From: Mobula hypostoma
Taxonomy: Eukaryota
Direction: 5' to 3'
Assembly (NCBI RefSeq): GCF_963921235.1
Contig: NC_086108.1
Coordinates: 70,248,001-70,312,000 of the forward strand
Length of the DNA stretch: 64,000 nt
In this document: positions 38,625 through 51,490 of the stretch, piece by piece
How positions within the stretch are numbered: position 1 is the first letter of the stretch
Layout: each line of letters begins with the position of its first letter
Made by a program: the position numbers and the translations under genes
The notes under the pieces: model-generated
What the model saw: the letters and a program-made list of their open reading frames with translations, nothing else
Told to the model about the DNA's origin: nothing
Database searches by the model: none

Positions 38625-39999
38625 TAGATTCTGCCCTTAATGATTCTGGGTACAGTGTTTGGAGCCTTTTCTCAGTATGTAACCAGTGTGCTTAAAGCAG
38701 TCTTGGTGGCCTGCAGTCCTCATTCCATCTCTGCAAATCTATTTGCCGTTTCTTACCAGTACTGCTTATTGTTACCACCTCCTAATGCTCCAAGTAATTA
38801 AATACTCGCACAATGTGGAAAATACAGCATTGAGAATCTGACTTGCAATATGCAGCGATGTTTTCACTTGGTGCAGTAGATGTAATCTTTGTAGCTCTGT
38901 GTAGGTGGGGATTCTAGTATAGATTGGAAGGAATAGGTATGGAATGGTGCCAATGTTTTTTAACAGCTGGACTTGTCTGAGGTTTGTTAGTCTTCTAATA
39001 CAAACTATTGTCCATGATTGTTGTATATCAGGATATCAATAGACAAGAACTGCATGCTGAGGATCAAAAATAATGCAAAGACAATTGCATAGTGAGTGGC
39101 TGGAACCTGTGTCCAAGAAAACGTTAATCTGTTCAGTGATGGAATGTTAAAGGAAAATCGATATATAAGACTACTGTATATCCCAGGGAAATGGAATTAT
39201 TTGTCTTGAACCGTGAATGGCCAGGAGAACATACTGTTCTAAATGCAAATGTTAGATCCCCTTTGTTATTATACAGGGAGTGGGAGGTTGATTTTTCAAG
39301 AACATCGTGATTTTTATTTGTCTGTAATGTGTAGCCATATTTTCATCAGATTCATGGAGAAATGTCAAGTTGAAGAATTTTTCATTAAAAAAAAATATTT
39401 TAGCTACCAATTGTACTACTTTAAAATGCCATGAGAGTGAATTTTATTCTTTCTTAAATTTTAAGTTGGTGAATTTCTGTTTACCTAATGGCCTAATATG
39501 GGTGTTACTTGTGTTTTCAATTGATTTTGACAAAATATAGTTTAGAAAACAACAGTGCCAAGGTTAAACATAGGATATAGAGAAGAAATCAAGACAATTG
39601 TGTAATGTTAGCTGAAGGGGTGTGGATGAATTGATTAGTATTGAGGAGTTTTTTAATGGACCTTAATTTTGTTTCTGAAAAAGTGTCCTGTGGAGGGAGG
39701 GGCATGGAGTGGCATAGAAAGTTTGGATGGGTTAATAATGGTATTATCCAAAAGTGCCTCAAAATTCTCTAAAATTCCATAGGTTTCACATTCAGAGAAA
39801 TATCACATTTCTTTTTGTATTCTTTACAGATCTCAGCTGTACAAATCAGACAATTCATGCCAAAAGTGGTTTTATTTCTTTCAATTTGGAATGGCATTGA
39901 TTAATGTTAGGCTGCATGACATTCTCTGTAAATTAAGTCTGTTTTTGCATTTATGTTGTTTTGTTTCTGTATGTGGATAAATATACATATAGCAATACA

Positions 40000-40365
40000 G
40001 CAGTTAGCCATTTGCTCAATTAGAGTTCATGCCAGCTCCCAAGGGAACAATTCCATTAGATGAATGTTTCTCTCTCCAGTTATACTATACTGCTGCAACT
40101 TGCTCTCTTGCACATACCCATCCACTCCCCTTGATTTATTTTGCCATTAACCTTATAGCAAGGAGTAACTTGGTGTAGTTAATTAACCTACCAGCACATC
40201 TTGGAAAGCCAACATATCTTCAGTTTGAGGAAAGAAACCAGATATCCTTGAGGAAACCCACGTGGTAACAGAAAATTTGTAGCAACTCCACATAGTGCCT
40301 GGGCAGGATTGATCCTGGGTTCCTGAAGCTGAGAAGCAGTAGCATAAATTGCTGCATTGTTGTGC
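40000..40365 (-). mobile_element. Decayed V-SINE-like (tRNA-derived) SINE
   Basis: aattaacctaccagcac..gaaaccag..gaggaaacccacgtgg core, followed by a tRNA-like B-box/A-box region on the minus strand. Confidence 0.55.
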
Positions 40366-41344
40366 TATAGATGACTTTCACTTCATTTGGTAGGTGACCT
40401 CTTGTTAAAGTTTTCCCAACAGCTATAAATAATACACTATCTGTTTTGTCCCATTGATTAATAACTAAATTTATCCAAAAAGTTTCAATAGAATCTCATC
40501 TAATTTTTGAAAGTCTTTGCTCATGTTGAGCTGTGTTAGAAAGTTTCTTTGAGATAGTGATAACATTTTCTGCATTGAACCCAAAATGGAATAGTATTTC
40601 AGTACAGGTCTTATGTTTAAGCGTTTTCCTGTTGCACAAAGACTATACCATTAAAATCTCAGTGCATTTGTTTTTTTTAACCATCGCTGTACTGTGTACT
40701 TGTGCATCTTCATCCTGATATCCTTTTACTACTCAGAAATATAGCTGTTTTTAATCTGCATAACTTTTCTAGAATTGAGAGATATTTAACACTTATCTGC
40801 TATGTCAACTTGTATTTATCACTATGGATTTTAAAATTATTCTGCTCTCTTCTGACAGTTTCTTCAAAAATTGGATACTACTCCATCCCACTTTTTTATC
40901 TGGATTGATACTGTGTGGTGAATATAAAACAGCTCAGTTAGAATCTAATGACACTCATTAGGCATTTTAAATCATCCTGAGAGATGCTTCTTACTCTTTC
41001 TCCTTGCTGCTCACCTTTGATCTGCCTCTACTCAGTTCCACTCCTCTTAATTGTCTGCATTTCTCAACCTCGTGTATTTCCAACATGGATAGAAGTGTGG
41101 CATTTTGGCTACACCCATCCTTGGAATGGACAGAACCTTCGGTAGATGAAAGAAAAATGTCAGCCTGGCCACATCTGTTGCTGAAGACCTTTCTTTGCAG
41201 TGCTGCCACATGGTTGGGCTATTGTATAGATTAAGTAATTGAGTAGTTCACTTCAACTTGCAATATAAAACCATTTAAATTTTGAATGGCATCATTGACA
41301 TTCAACTCCATATTGACAGCAGCCAAATGAAAAATTGTTTCCAG

Positions 41345-41705
41345 ACCTTAAGACATAGGAGCTGAATTAGGCCATTTGGCTCACTGAGTGGGCTCTGCCA
41401 TTTGATTGGGCTCTGCCATGTGATCATGGCTGATTTATTTTCCCTCTCAATTCTATTTTCCTACCTTCTCACCTGTAACCTTTGACACCCTTACTAGATA
41501 AGAACCGGTCTACCCCTGCTTTAAACATACCCAATGACTTTACCTCCACAGCAATGTGTGCAATGAATTCCACCAATTCACCACCTGCAGGCTGAAGTAC
41601 TTGCTCCTCATCCCGCTTCTAAAGGATGTACTTCTAATCTGAGGCTGTGCCCACTGGTCCTAGATTCTCCTGCTATTGGAAACATCCACTCTTGCTAGGG
41701 CTTTC
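41345..41705 (-). mobile_element. CR1 3' fragment
   Basis: Reverse complement of a CR1 3'UTR (gacataggagctgaattaggccatt..gatcatggctga..gaattccac). Confidence 0.7.
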
Positions 41706-41911
41706 AATGGTACACATTTAAAAAAAAATATCTTGGACCTGATCATTATGTGGACAGTCCTTTATCCTCTTGGCATATAACGGAAGAAGAATAGGTCATC
41801 CAAACTGTGAAGCTTATTCTGTTCAGTTCCCAGCCAGTTAACTTGACCAATGTACAATCCTCAAATTTAGCATTCAAGTTTCCATTTATGCTTTTATTTA
41901 TAGTCTTTGAA

Positions 41912-42192
41912 AGTGATACAACGCGGAGCAGGCCCTTTTGGCCCACCGAGCCATGCCACCCAGCAACCCTCTGATTTAACCCTTGCCTAATCACAGGACA
42001 ATTTACAATAATCAATTAATCTTCTAACCAGTACATCTTTGGAGTGTGGAGCAAACCGGAGCACCTGGATGAAACCCACGTGCATATGGGAAGAATGTAC
42101 AAACTCTCTGACAGAGAATGCTAGAATTAAACTCCAACTCTAATGCCCCTGGTTGTAACAATGCCATGCTAACCACTATACTTTGGCACCCA
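41912..42192 (-). mobile_element. V-SINE-like (tRNA-derived) SINE
   Basis: aaaccggagcacctggatgaaacccacg..gtacaaactc core, CR1-like tail (ggcccttttggccc) and a 5' head gctaaccact. Confidence 0.65.
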
Positions 42193-43239
42193 TAGAAATT
42201 TCTAGTAGACTTTGGGGAAAAATTATTTCCTGATTTTAATGCCTGAATGATTTGATATAAAATTATGTACCTTTTTGGTTTGATTGAGGAAATTGTTATA
42301 TACATTTTTTTGCTATCTGTTCATTATACCTTAAGATTGGGAAAAATCCTTTTGAAATACTGCTTTCTCCTTTTAAGATTTGGTACCAAATGTTGGCACA
42401 GTATTCAATTGGGATCTGACAAACACTCTACAATTAAATCATCACTTAAGTGTCCTTGTTTCATGACAGCTCAATGTTCTTGCCTTTTAAGAAAAACATT
42501 ACAGGTTTTCATTCTCTGATCAAGAGTGGACAGCTTCAGGTTTCCCACCTTGAATGTCAAGTACTGCTTTTTTTTCAATATTTATGTTCATTCATGTCTG
42601 AGGCCTTATTTCAAATGGGATTTGGAGTTCTGAATCATTCCATTTTTCTTAATATCCATAATAACTTAACCTTTTTAGTTTTTAAAATCTTATTTTTACA
42701 GCTTTCTTTGTATGCCAGTTCAGAAATCAAGGCAGATTTGTTTATTTTTACTTCTCTGTAGAACACAATTGTGCTCAGACAGAAGTTTTTCACTGCATCC
42801 CTGCACGTGAAAGAAACAAACCTATAGCAATATTCATATCTTTATATAAATGTACAATATTTGAACTCATCTATGGAATATTAAATAGCTTGCAGAATTT
42901 TATTTGTTTAGCAAGATAGCTCTGCCATTATTGTTATCATGGTTAGATTGTAAAACTAAAATAAGCCTTTGGCAAATCTTTCACAAACTGTTAATTCACT
43001 TTGTGTTAAGATGATTTAAGCAATGATCTAATTGTAAAAAGGGTCATGATAAAAGTGCTGTGCTGGATTGAAGGCTTAGTCCTCTGTAGGTACAATGAAG
43101 TAATTAAAATGATCCGGTTGTTATATCTCTTTTTGGGAGTGTTCTGCCACTTCTTCTGTATTTCACTATAATTCCTATATTTGGACGTGGCTGGTCAGAG
43201 GCATTTGTACAGGTTAAAGACCACTATCTTGTTTTTAGA

Positions 43240-46200
43240 ATATGGAGCAGCTCAGCACAGGAATAGGCCCCTTTGATTCATGATGTGCCAGAGTAATTAA
43301 ACTAGACATTAAATGCCTAAATAAAACAACCCCTTCTGTGGACAGTGTCTATATCCCACCATCCCTGCAAATTCATGTCCCCATCTAAGAGTCTTTGAAA
43401 CACCTTTATTGTATTTTCCTCCATTACCATCAATGGCAGCACATTCCAGGCATGCACTTCATGTGTATAAATTTTAAAAATCTGTCTTCGATCTTTCCCC
43501 CTCTTACTTTAAACGTATAACCTTTATTATTAGACATTTTGATCCTCTGAAAAAGATATGGATGTATACTCGGTGTATGCTCTTCATAAATGTATAAGCT
43601 TCTTGGGTCTCCCCTCAGCCTCTGCTGCTCCAGAAAAAAGAACTTAATTGTTCAACCTCTCCTCATAGCACGTGCCCTCTAATCCAGGCAGCATCCTGAT
43701 AAACTTCTTCTACACCTTCTCCCAAAGCCTCAGCATCCTCTCTATAATGGGGTGACCAGATTTGAATGCAATATTTGTGATTCGGTTTTGCTGACTTGAA
43801 TTCCGTGCCTTGACTAATAAAGGCAAGTATGCCATACTTTGCCTTGACCAGCTTACCAACCTGTTAAGTTATTTTCAGGGAGCTGGCGATTTGGACTCCA
43901 AGGTCTCTCTGTACATCAGTGCAGTTAAGGGTCCATACTTTCCCTTTACAATTGATCTCTGAAAGTACAATATCTTGCATATGGCTGAACTAAACTCCCA
44001 TCTGCCATTTCTTTATTCATGTCTCCAACTGATTTATAGCCTACTTTGTTCTTTGGCAATTTTCTACACTATCCACAATGCCAGCATTGTATGTGAACTT
44101 AATAACCAATTCATTCACATTTTCATTCAGGTCAGTTATATAAGCCACAAGCTATAGAAGTCCTAGTACAGAGCCCTGTGGAATACCATGAGCTGTGGAC
44201 TTCCAGCCATAATATGTCCCATCAATCATGATGGCAAGCCAATTCTGAATCCAAATGGCCAAGTCACCTTGGATTCCATGCATCTTAATCTTCTGGATGA
44301 CACTTCTGGCTCCACACAGTAGGATCTAGTCAAACACTTAACTGAATTCCATGTAAATGACATCCACAGTTCTATCTTTATCAATCACCTTTGGCACCTT
44401 CTCAAAAAAAACCCTCAAGTTAGTATATTATGACTTGCCCCATATGAAGCCACAGTGACTTGTTCCTAATTAAGCCATGGTTTTCCAAATGTCCATAAAT
44501 TCTATCCCTGAAAATTCTTTCCATGAGCTTTCTTATCACTGGTGTGATATTGCCTGGTCCATAGTTTCCAGGATATCTCTCTTTTTAAACAATGGAACAA
44601 CATTGGCTACTCACCAGTTCTCTGGGACTCTCCTGTGAATGGAGAGGACATGATCTTGGTCAAGGCCCCAGCGATCCCCTTTCTTGCCCATCTGTTCTTT
44701 ATCTTTTTCCTCTTGATTGATATATATATCATGAGGATTCTCTTTAATTCTACTTTCTCTTGGTCCCTCCTGGTTCTCCTAATTCCCTTCTTTTCCAGCT
44801 TGTTTATAATCCTCTAAGGCTCTGTTTGGTTTTTAGCTTCCTAAGCCATGACATACACTTCCCTTTTCTTCTTCACCAAATTCACCACCTATCTTGACAT
44901 CCAAGGTTCCCTTAGCTTGCCATCTTTGCCCTTCTTTCTTACGGGAGCATGGCACTCCTTTACTCTGTGTGATTGTCAACCTCATTTCAGATATAGACTT
45001 GCTCAAAACAGCCAATTCCCAATCAACACTCTAGTTCCTGCCTAATACTTATGTAATTTGCTGTGCTCCATTTTAAGTCTCTTCCGTAAGGGCCCTTCTT
45101 ATTCTTATCTGTAGTTATCTTAAAACTTAAGGAGCCGCGATCACTGTCCTTAACTGTTCTTCTACTGAAAGGTCAGTTATCTGGCCATCCTCATTTCCCA
45201 ACTCAGTATGGTGTCTCCTCTCATCGGGTTATTTACATACTAATTTAAGAAACCCACTTGGCTGCACCCAATAACTTCTGCCATGTCTAAACCTCTTGCA
45301 TGGAGGAGATCCCAGTCTATATTACAAAAGTTGAAGTCACCCACATCAACAACCTGTTGTTTTAACACCTCTCCATAATCAGCCTGCATGTCGTCTTCTC
45401 AATGTCCCAGTGGCTTTTGGAAGTCGAGCATAATTCCAGCAAAGTGATTACATCTTTATTATTTTTGAGTTCTACCCATATAGATTCAGTAGATAAGCCC
45501 TCCAATATGTCCTCTCTGAATGTATCTGTGATAATGTCCCTGATAGTGCAAATCTTTCTTTACCTTCAACCATTTCCCCATTCTTTTACTTCCCTCTTAT
45601 TTCTAATACAGCAGAGCCCTGCAATGTTAAGAATCCGCCCTATATCTCTGTCAACTAAGCCACAACATCATAGTTCAATGGATTGATCCAAATTTATCAC
45701 CCATGTCCTGAATGCTCTTAGCATAAAAATAAACACATTTGACCATGTACATCCCATCGTATTTATTACCATGCTTCTGCCTGTTCTTCATCCCAGACTT
45801 GCTGGTCATGACATCTGCCTTTCTTTCAATCCTCCTGACCTGATACTCTGCTTCACATTGCCTTACCAAAGTTTAAACCCTCCTGAGTTGCACTAATGAA
45901 TCTCCTGTTATTTGTTCCTCTCCAATTAAGATGCAACTCCATTCCTCTTGTACAGAAGAGGTTCCTGTGATCCAAGAACCTGAAATCCTGCCCCCCTGTA
46001 CCTGTTCTGCAGTCACACATTCACTATTCCTTTCCTTGGTAGCACATGGCACAAGGAGTAATCCAGAAAATACTACCTTCTAGGTCCTGATTTTCAGCCT
46101 ATATGCATACTGCAAAGGACCTCTATGCCATTGGTGTCAATGCGTACCATACCCTCTGGCTGCTAACTCTGCCCTTATTTATGTTCTGCAGTTGCTCCAA
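43240..46200 (-). mobile_element. Very old near-full-length CR1 LINE remnant
   Basis: Minus-strand 3'UTR at ~43250, RT and endonuclease remnants, and ORF1 esterase-like DNA at 45880-46090 (atccaagaacctgaaatcctgccccc) homologous to 3660-3890. Confidence 0.7.
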
Positions 46201-47290
46201 GACATTACCTTTGTCTATCCTCTTTTAGCTACAGTTTGGAAATGTTAATAAAGAGGAAAAACATTTGAGGATCAAATATTGAGCTATATGCAGATTTGGA
46301 ATAAATGAGTTTATTAACTTTTAAAATAATTCCATTCTGTTAACATAACACATCATTTGGGAGGAGGTGGTGAGTGATCCCAAGGATACAGAGAATGCAA
46401 CAGATCAATGTGGAATAGAAACAGTTATGCAATCATATCCTTCTAATAGTATGGACCTTGTCATTGCATGGCATTTGAATGGTGGAAGTGTTACTTTCCA
46501 CTCACCAGGTTGGACATTGGCTAATTCTTAGTTGATCCAAATGTTGACTACGGTAGAATGAACACTGATGTGCCACATTTCAGTCGAAGTAATGGAAGGA
46601 AGTCTTGAGGAAGCTCAGTTTGATTCTGTCCTCATTAAGTTGTGCATGATTTACTGTCAGAAAGCACCCCACCATTAATATTTGTGTAACTCCAGTCAGA
46701 GAATTCTTGTTGACCAGTTTTTCTAGGGCTGCCTAATGCTGCACACGGTTAAATCTTGCCTTAATGTCTGGAGGAATCACTGTCACTTTGCCACTGGAAT
46801 TCACACCTTAGGGCTGTTTGGATCAATCTGCATTGAAGTCTGGAGAGAAGGAGTCCTGATGAGATGCAATCTGAGCATTGGTGAGCATATTATTAGTGAG
46901 TAAATGCCTCCTGATAGCTTTGTCAGTACATTCCATTCCTTTGAGAGCAGACTGAGAATGACAATTAGATGGATCTGATTTTCACTGCTTTCTGTGGAGT
47001 GGATGTACCTGGATAGCCATAGACAATAGGTGCAGGAGTAGGCCATTCAGCCCTTCGAGCCAGCAGCACCATTCACTGTGATCATGGCTGATCATCCACA
47101 ATCAGTACCCTTTTCCTGCCTTCTCCCCATATCACTTGACTCCGCTATCTTTAAGAGCTCTACCTAACTCAATTACAGCTTTGCAGATAAATAGATAAAT
47201 CATATTGTCATAGAATTATACACCACAGAAACCTTTCATCCTAACTTTGCTGTGCTGACAAAGGTGTTTTCCAGAGCTAGGCCCATAAAG

Positions 47291-47370
47291 CAGGGGTTCC
47301 CAACCTGGGGTCTACAGACCCCTTGGGTAATGGTGGGGGTCCATGGCATAAAAAAGGCTGGGAACCCCTG
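47291..47370. mobile_element. 80-bp hAT-type MITE
   Basis: TIRs caggggttcccaacct / aggctgggaacccctg (15 of 16 match). Imperfect 8-bp flanks ccataaag / cactaaag. Confidence 0.75.
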
Positions 47371-48508
47371 CACTAAAGCTTCCAAACGTTGTATCTGTAC
47401 CCACCTTTACCACTTACACTGGCAGCTCTTTCCATATACTCACCACATTTGTGTGGAAAAACTTATTCCTTGGGTCTCCTTTAAATGTTCCCTTTTTTAA
47501 CATTAATTCTATGCCTCTAGACTCCCTTACCCTGGGGAGGGGGCGGGGGATTTGACTGCCCATTTTATCTACGCCCTTCATGATGTTGGGGGCAGTCCAG
47601 CTTGAAGGAGGCCATGCTCACCACACGGGCAAAAAAAAAGGGTGATAAGCTGCTAATCCATTTTTTTCTTGAGTTATTTGTTGACAGCTACTAATGTAGT
47701 CCTGCACTTTTGCCACAGTAAATAAAATAGCTTACTTGATTAATTGGAGGTGAATTGCTTTTTGCATTGGAGGCCTTACTCCCTTACTTATGTTTTATTA
47801 AAAGCGTGCTTAACTGGAGCCAGCATTCCCAGACTGGCACTTTATTTGTGGAGTTGGAATCCTAAATTACTCTATCATCTTTTTTTGCACAGAGTGGTGG
47901 ATATGTGGAATGAGCTGTCAGGAGAAATGGTAATTTAAGATGCAGTTAGAATATTTAAAAGACAGTTGGACAGGTATGAGGATAGGAAGGGTTTAGACAG
48001 ATGGGTGAAATGAAGGGAAATAGATTATTTCAGGTTGGCAACCAGGTTAGTCTAGATGAGTTGAATCGAAAAGCCTGTTTCTGACCCAGTCTCTATGATT
48101 CTATGACTTTATAAACATCTTTAAGTTCACCCCTCAGTCTTATCCACTCCAGGGAAAATAGTTCCTATTTATTCAGTGTTTCATTATAATTCATGCCCTC
48201 TAGCCCCAGCAACAGCATTGTGAATCATTTCTCTGCTCTCTTGCCTAATCATATCCATCTCATAGTGTGGTGATCGGAACTGCACATTATATTCTAGGTG
48301 TGGTCTCACCAATGCCTTGAATAACTATAAAGTGACATCCTCTGTCCTTGAAGGCAGGCATGCTATATGCCTTTCTCAGTACCATGTTTACCTGTGTCAA
48401 GGAATTATGTATTTGTACCCTCGGTTTCTCTGTTCTGCAACATTCTCAGCATCCTGTTATTTGCTGTACAATTCTGCCCCAGCTTAACTTCCCAAAATGA
48501 ATCAGTTC

Positions 48509-49457
48509 CCACCACTAAGCACATCTTTCCCTCCCCCCCCCTGCATTCCGCAGGGATTGCTCCCTACGCAACGCCCTTGTCCATTCGTCCCCCCGTCCCT
48601 CCCCACTGATCTCCCTCCTGGCACTTATCCGTGTAAGCGGACAAGTGCTACACATGCCCTTACACTTCCAACCTTACCACCATTCAGGGCCCCAAACAGT
48701 CCTTCCAGGTGAGGCAACACTTCACCTGTGAGTCGGCTGGGGTGATATACTGTGTCTGGTGCTCCCGATGTGGCCTTTTATATATTGGCGAGACCTGACG
48801 CAGACTGGGAGACCACTTTGCTGAACATCTACGCTCCATCCGCCAGAGAAAGCAGGATCCCCCAGTGGCCATACATTTTAATTCCACATCCCATTCCCAT
48901 TCTGACATGTCTATCCACGGCCTCCTCTACTGTAAAGATGAAGCCACACTCAGGTTGGAGGAACAACACCTTATATTCCGTCTGGGTAGCCTCCAACCTG
49001 ATGGCATGAACATCGACTTCTCTAACTTCCGCTAATGCCCCACCTCCCCCTCGTACCCCATCTGTTACTTACTTTTATACACACATTCTTTCTCTCACTC
49101 TCCTTTTTCTCCCTCTGTCCCTCTGAATATACCCCTTGCCCATCCTCTGGGTCCCCCCTCCCCACTCCTTGTCTTTCTTCCCAGACCTCCTGTCCCATGA
49201 TCCTCTCGTATCCCTTTTGCCTATCACCTGTCCAGCTCTTGGCTCCATCCCTCCCCCTCCTGTCTTCTCCTATCATTTTGGATCTCCCCCTCCCCCTCCA
49301 ACTTTCAAATCCCTTACTCACTCTTCCTTCAGTTAGTCCTGACGAAGGGTCTCGGCCTGAAACGTCGACTGCACCTCTTCCTAGAGATGCTGCGTTCACC
49401 AGCAACTTTTATGTGTGTTGCTTGAATTTCCAGCATCTGCAGAATTCCTGTTGTTTG
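48509..49457 (+). mobile_element. 5'-truncated Penelope-like element (GIY-YIG endonuclease and 3' end)
   Basis: A frame ending at 49035 reads GPKQSFQVRQHFTCESAGVIYCVWCSRCGLLYIGET*RRLGDHFAEH...VAIHFN...LEEQHLIFRLGSLQPDGMN (GIY-YIG). Possible TSD cagttc at 48503-48508 and 49458-49463. Inserted in an old CR1 remnant. Confidence 0.88.
49335..49370 (+). ncRNA. Minimal type I hammerhead ribozyme motif (Penelope-associated)
   Basis: AGUC (stem I), CUGACGA core, AGG/CCU stem II, GAAAC core, GUC cleavage triplet, GACU (stem I partner). Confidence 0.75.
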
Positions 49458-50171
49458 CAGTTCACAGTTGACTGAGTTAAGTTCCATCTGCCATTTCTTA
49501 CTCATTTTCCAATTGATCTACATCCTATTGTAATTTTGGACAACCTTTTTCACTGTACACCACATCACTATTTTTGGTGTGATCTACAAACATGCAGTTT
49601 AGTATCTTAACTATTGGTACTGCTTGGAAAGAAGAACAACTAGTTCACAAACACGCGTATGGCAATGTTCTCTTTTCTCTGGTTATTTAACTGCCCATCA
49701 TCGTTCATACTGACTGTAGAGCTGTGATCTGAAACCTTGGTCATAGTATTTCTGGATTTAAGAAAAGATGTAAGTACTACTTTATTTGATGTGAGTTTTA
49801 AACTATGAACATTGGTTTGGATATTTTGATAAATAGGGCAGGTGTTGCTTTTCTGTGACTGATATCTTAAACAAGAGTGAGGGAATGCTGCATTGTTTGA
49901 AATTCCACTTTGTGGATGAAACATTTAGCCTGCTTTTGACAGATGTTTAAGATGTAGTAGAGCCTGTGAGTTCGAGATGTAACCAATAGTGTATTTTAAT
50001 GGACATCTAAAGTGGATAGTGTTAATTTATTTTATCCTCACTATTGTTTGTAGGGCCTTTCTGGATTATAGCATTGGCTGTACCTGCTGGTCAAGGTCCT
50101 TGGATTGCCCTGATGACACAAAAGCTAGTTATGAAGAGTAAATATGACTGTTTCTATCCATCCTATCAGCT

Positions 50172-51490
50172 AAGATAGATAGATACTTTATGCTCCCAAA
50201 GGTAATTACAGCATTACAGTAGCATTACGAGTGCACAGATATGCAAATATACAAATATTAGAAGAGAAGTAAGAAAGAATTAAAGACAAAAAAAGTTGCT
50301 GCAAACAGCCTAACAGGAGGAGTCATTAGTTTGACTCATTATAGAGCCTAATGGACAAGGGTAAGAATGACCTCTTTGGAGCAGCACAGTTGTCTTTAGT
50401 CTGTTACTACAAGTGCTCCTCTGTTCAGCCAAGGTGGCTTGCAGAGGGTGAGAAACTTTGTCCAGAATTGCCAGGATTTTCCGTAGAGTCCTTTGTTCTA
50501 TCACAGCCTCCAGTGTGTCCAGTTTGACCGATAACAGAGCCAGCCTTTCTGATCAGTTTGTTGAGCCTGTTGGCATCACCTGTGTTGATGCCATTGTCCT
50601 AGAACAGTGATCCCCAACCTACCGGGCTACGAGGAAATGATATGAGTCAGCTGCACCTTTTCTCATTCCCTGTCACGCATTGTTGAACTTGAACATAGGG
50701 TTGCCAACTATCCTGTATTTGCTGGGACTTCCCGTATATTGAGCTAAATTGGTTTGGCCCATACAGGACCGTCCTTGTCCCAAAATGGCGTGAAGCGAAG
50801 AAGCAATTGCCATTAATTTATATGGGAAAATGTATTGAGCGTTCCCAGACCCAAAAAAACCTATCAAATCATACCAAATAACGCATAAAACTGAAAATAG
50901 CACTTAACATACAGTAAAAGCAGGAATGATATGATAAATATGCAGCCTATATAAAGTAGAAATAATGTATGTACAGTATAGTTGGGAAGGTTAAGCCAAA
51001 ACCGATTTGGTGCCTGTGCAAGGCTTCTTGGTCATGGTAGTCTTTCCTGGGGTAAACACAAGTGTCCTGGGATTTGTCTGCTACTTTTGTCCCTTATTTG
51101 GGAGTGAGAAAGCTGGCAGCCCTAACTGTAAAATACATGTTGAGGTGAGTTTAACCCTACTTAAACCCCCCCCTGGTCGGCCGGTCCACGGTGCAAAACA
51201 GGTTGGTGACCCCTGTCCTAGAACACCACCACGTGGAAGATTGTACTGGCGACAACAGACTGGTAGAACATGTGAAGGAGAGACCTGCATAGTCCAAAAG
51301 ACCTCAGTCTCCTCAGGAAGCAGAGGCTACTCTGGCCCTTCTTGTACATAACCTCTGTGTTGGTATTTCATTCAAGTCTTGTCATCCAGGTTCACCTCCA
51401 GGTTACTTGCAGGTCCTCACCACATCCATGTCCTCAACATCAATAGTAACCAGGAGCAGTGCAGGCTTAGTGTTCCTAAAGTCCTATATT
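50172..51490 (-). mobile_element. Rex1/Babar-like LINE 3' fragment split by a hAT element
   Basis: Minus peptide EQRTLRKILAILDKVSHPL; tail agatagatagat. The host continues on both sides of 50605-51215. Confidence 0.72.
50605..51215. mobile_element. 611-bp non-autonomous hAT (Charlie-like) DNA transposon
   Basis: Perfect 8-bp TSD tcctagaa (50597-50604 and 51216-51223). TIRs cagtgatccccaacct / aggttggtgacccctg. Confidence 0.88.
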
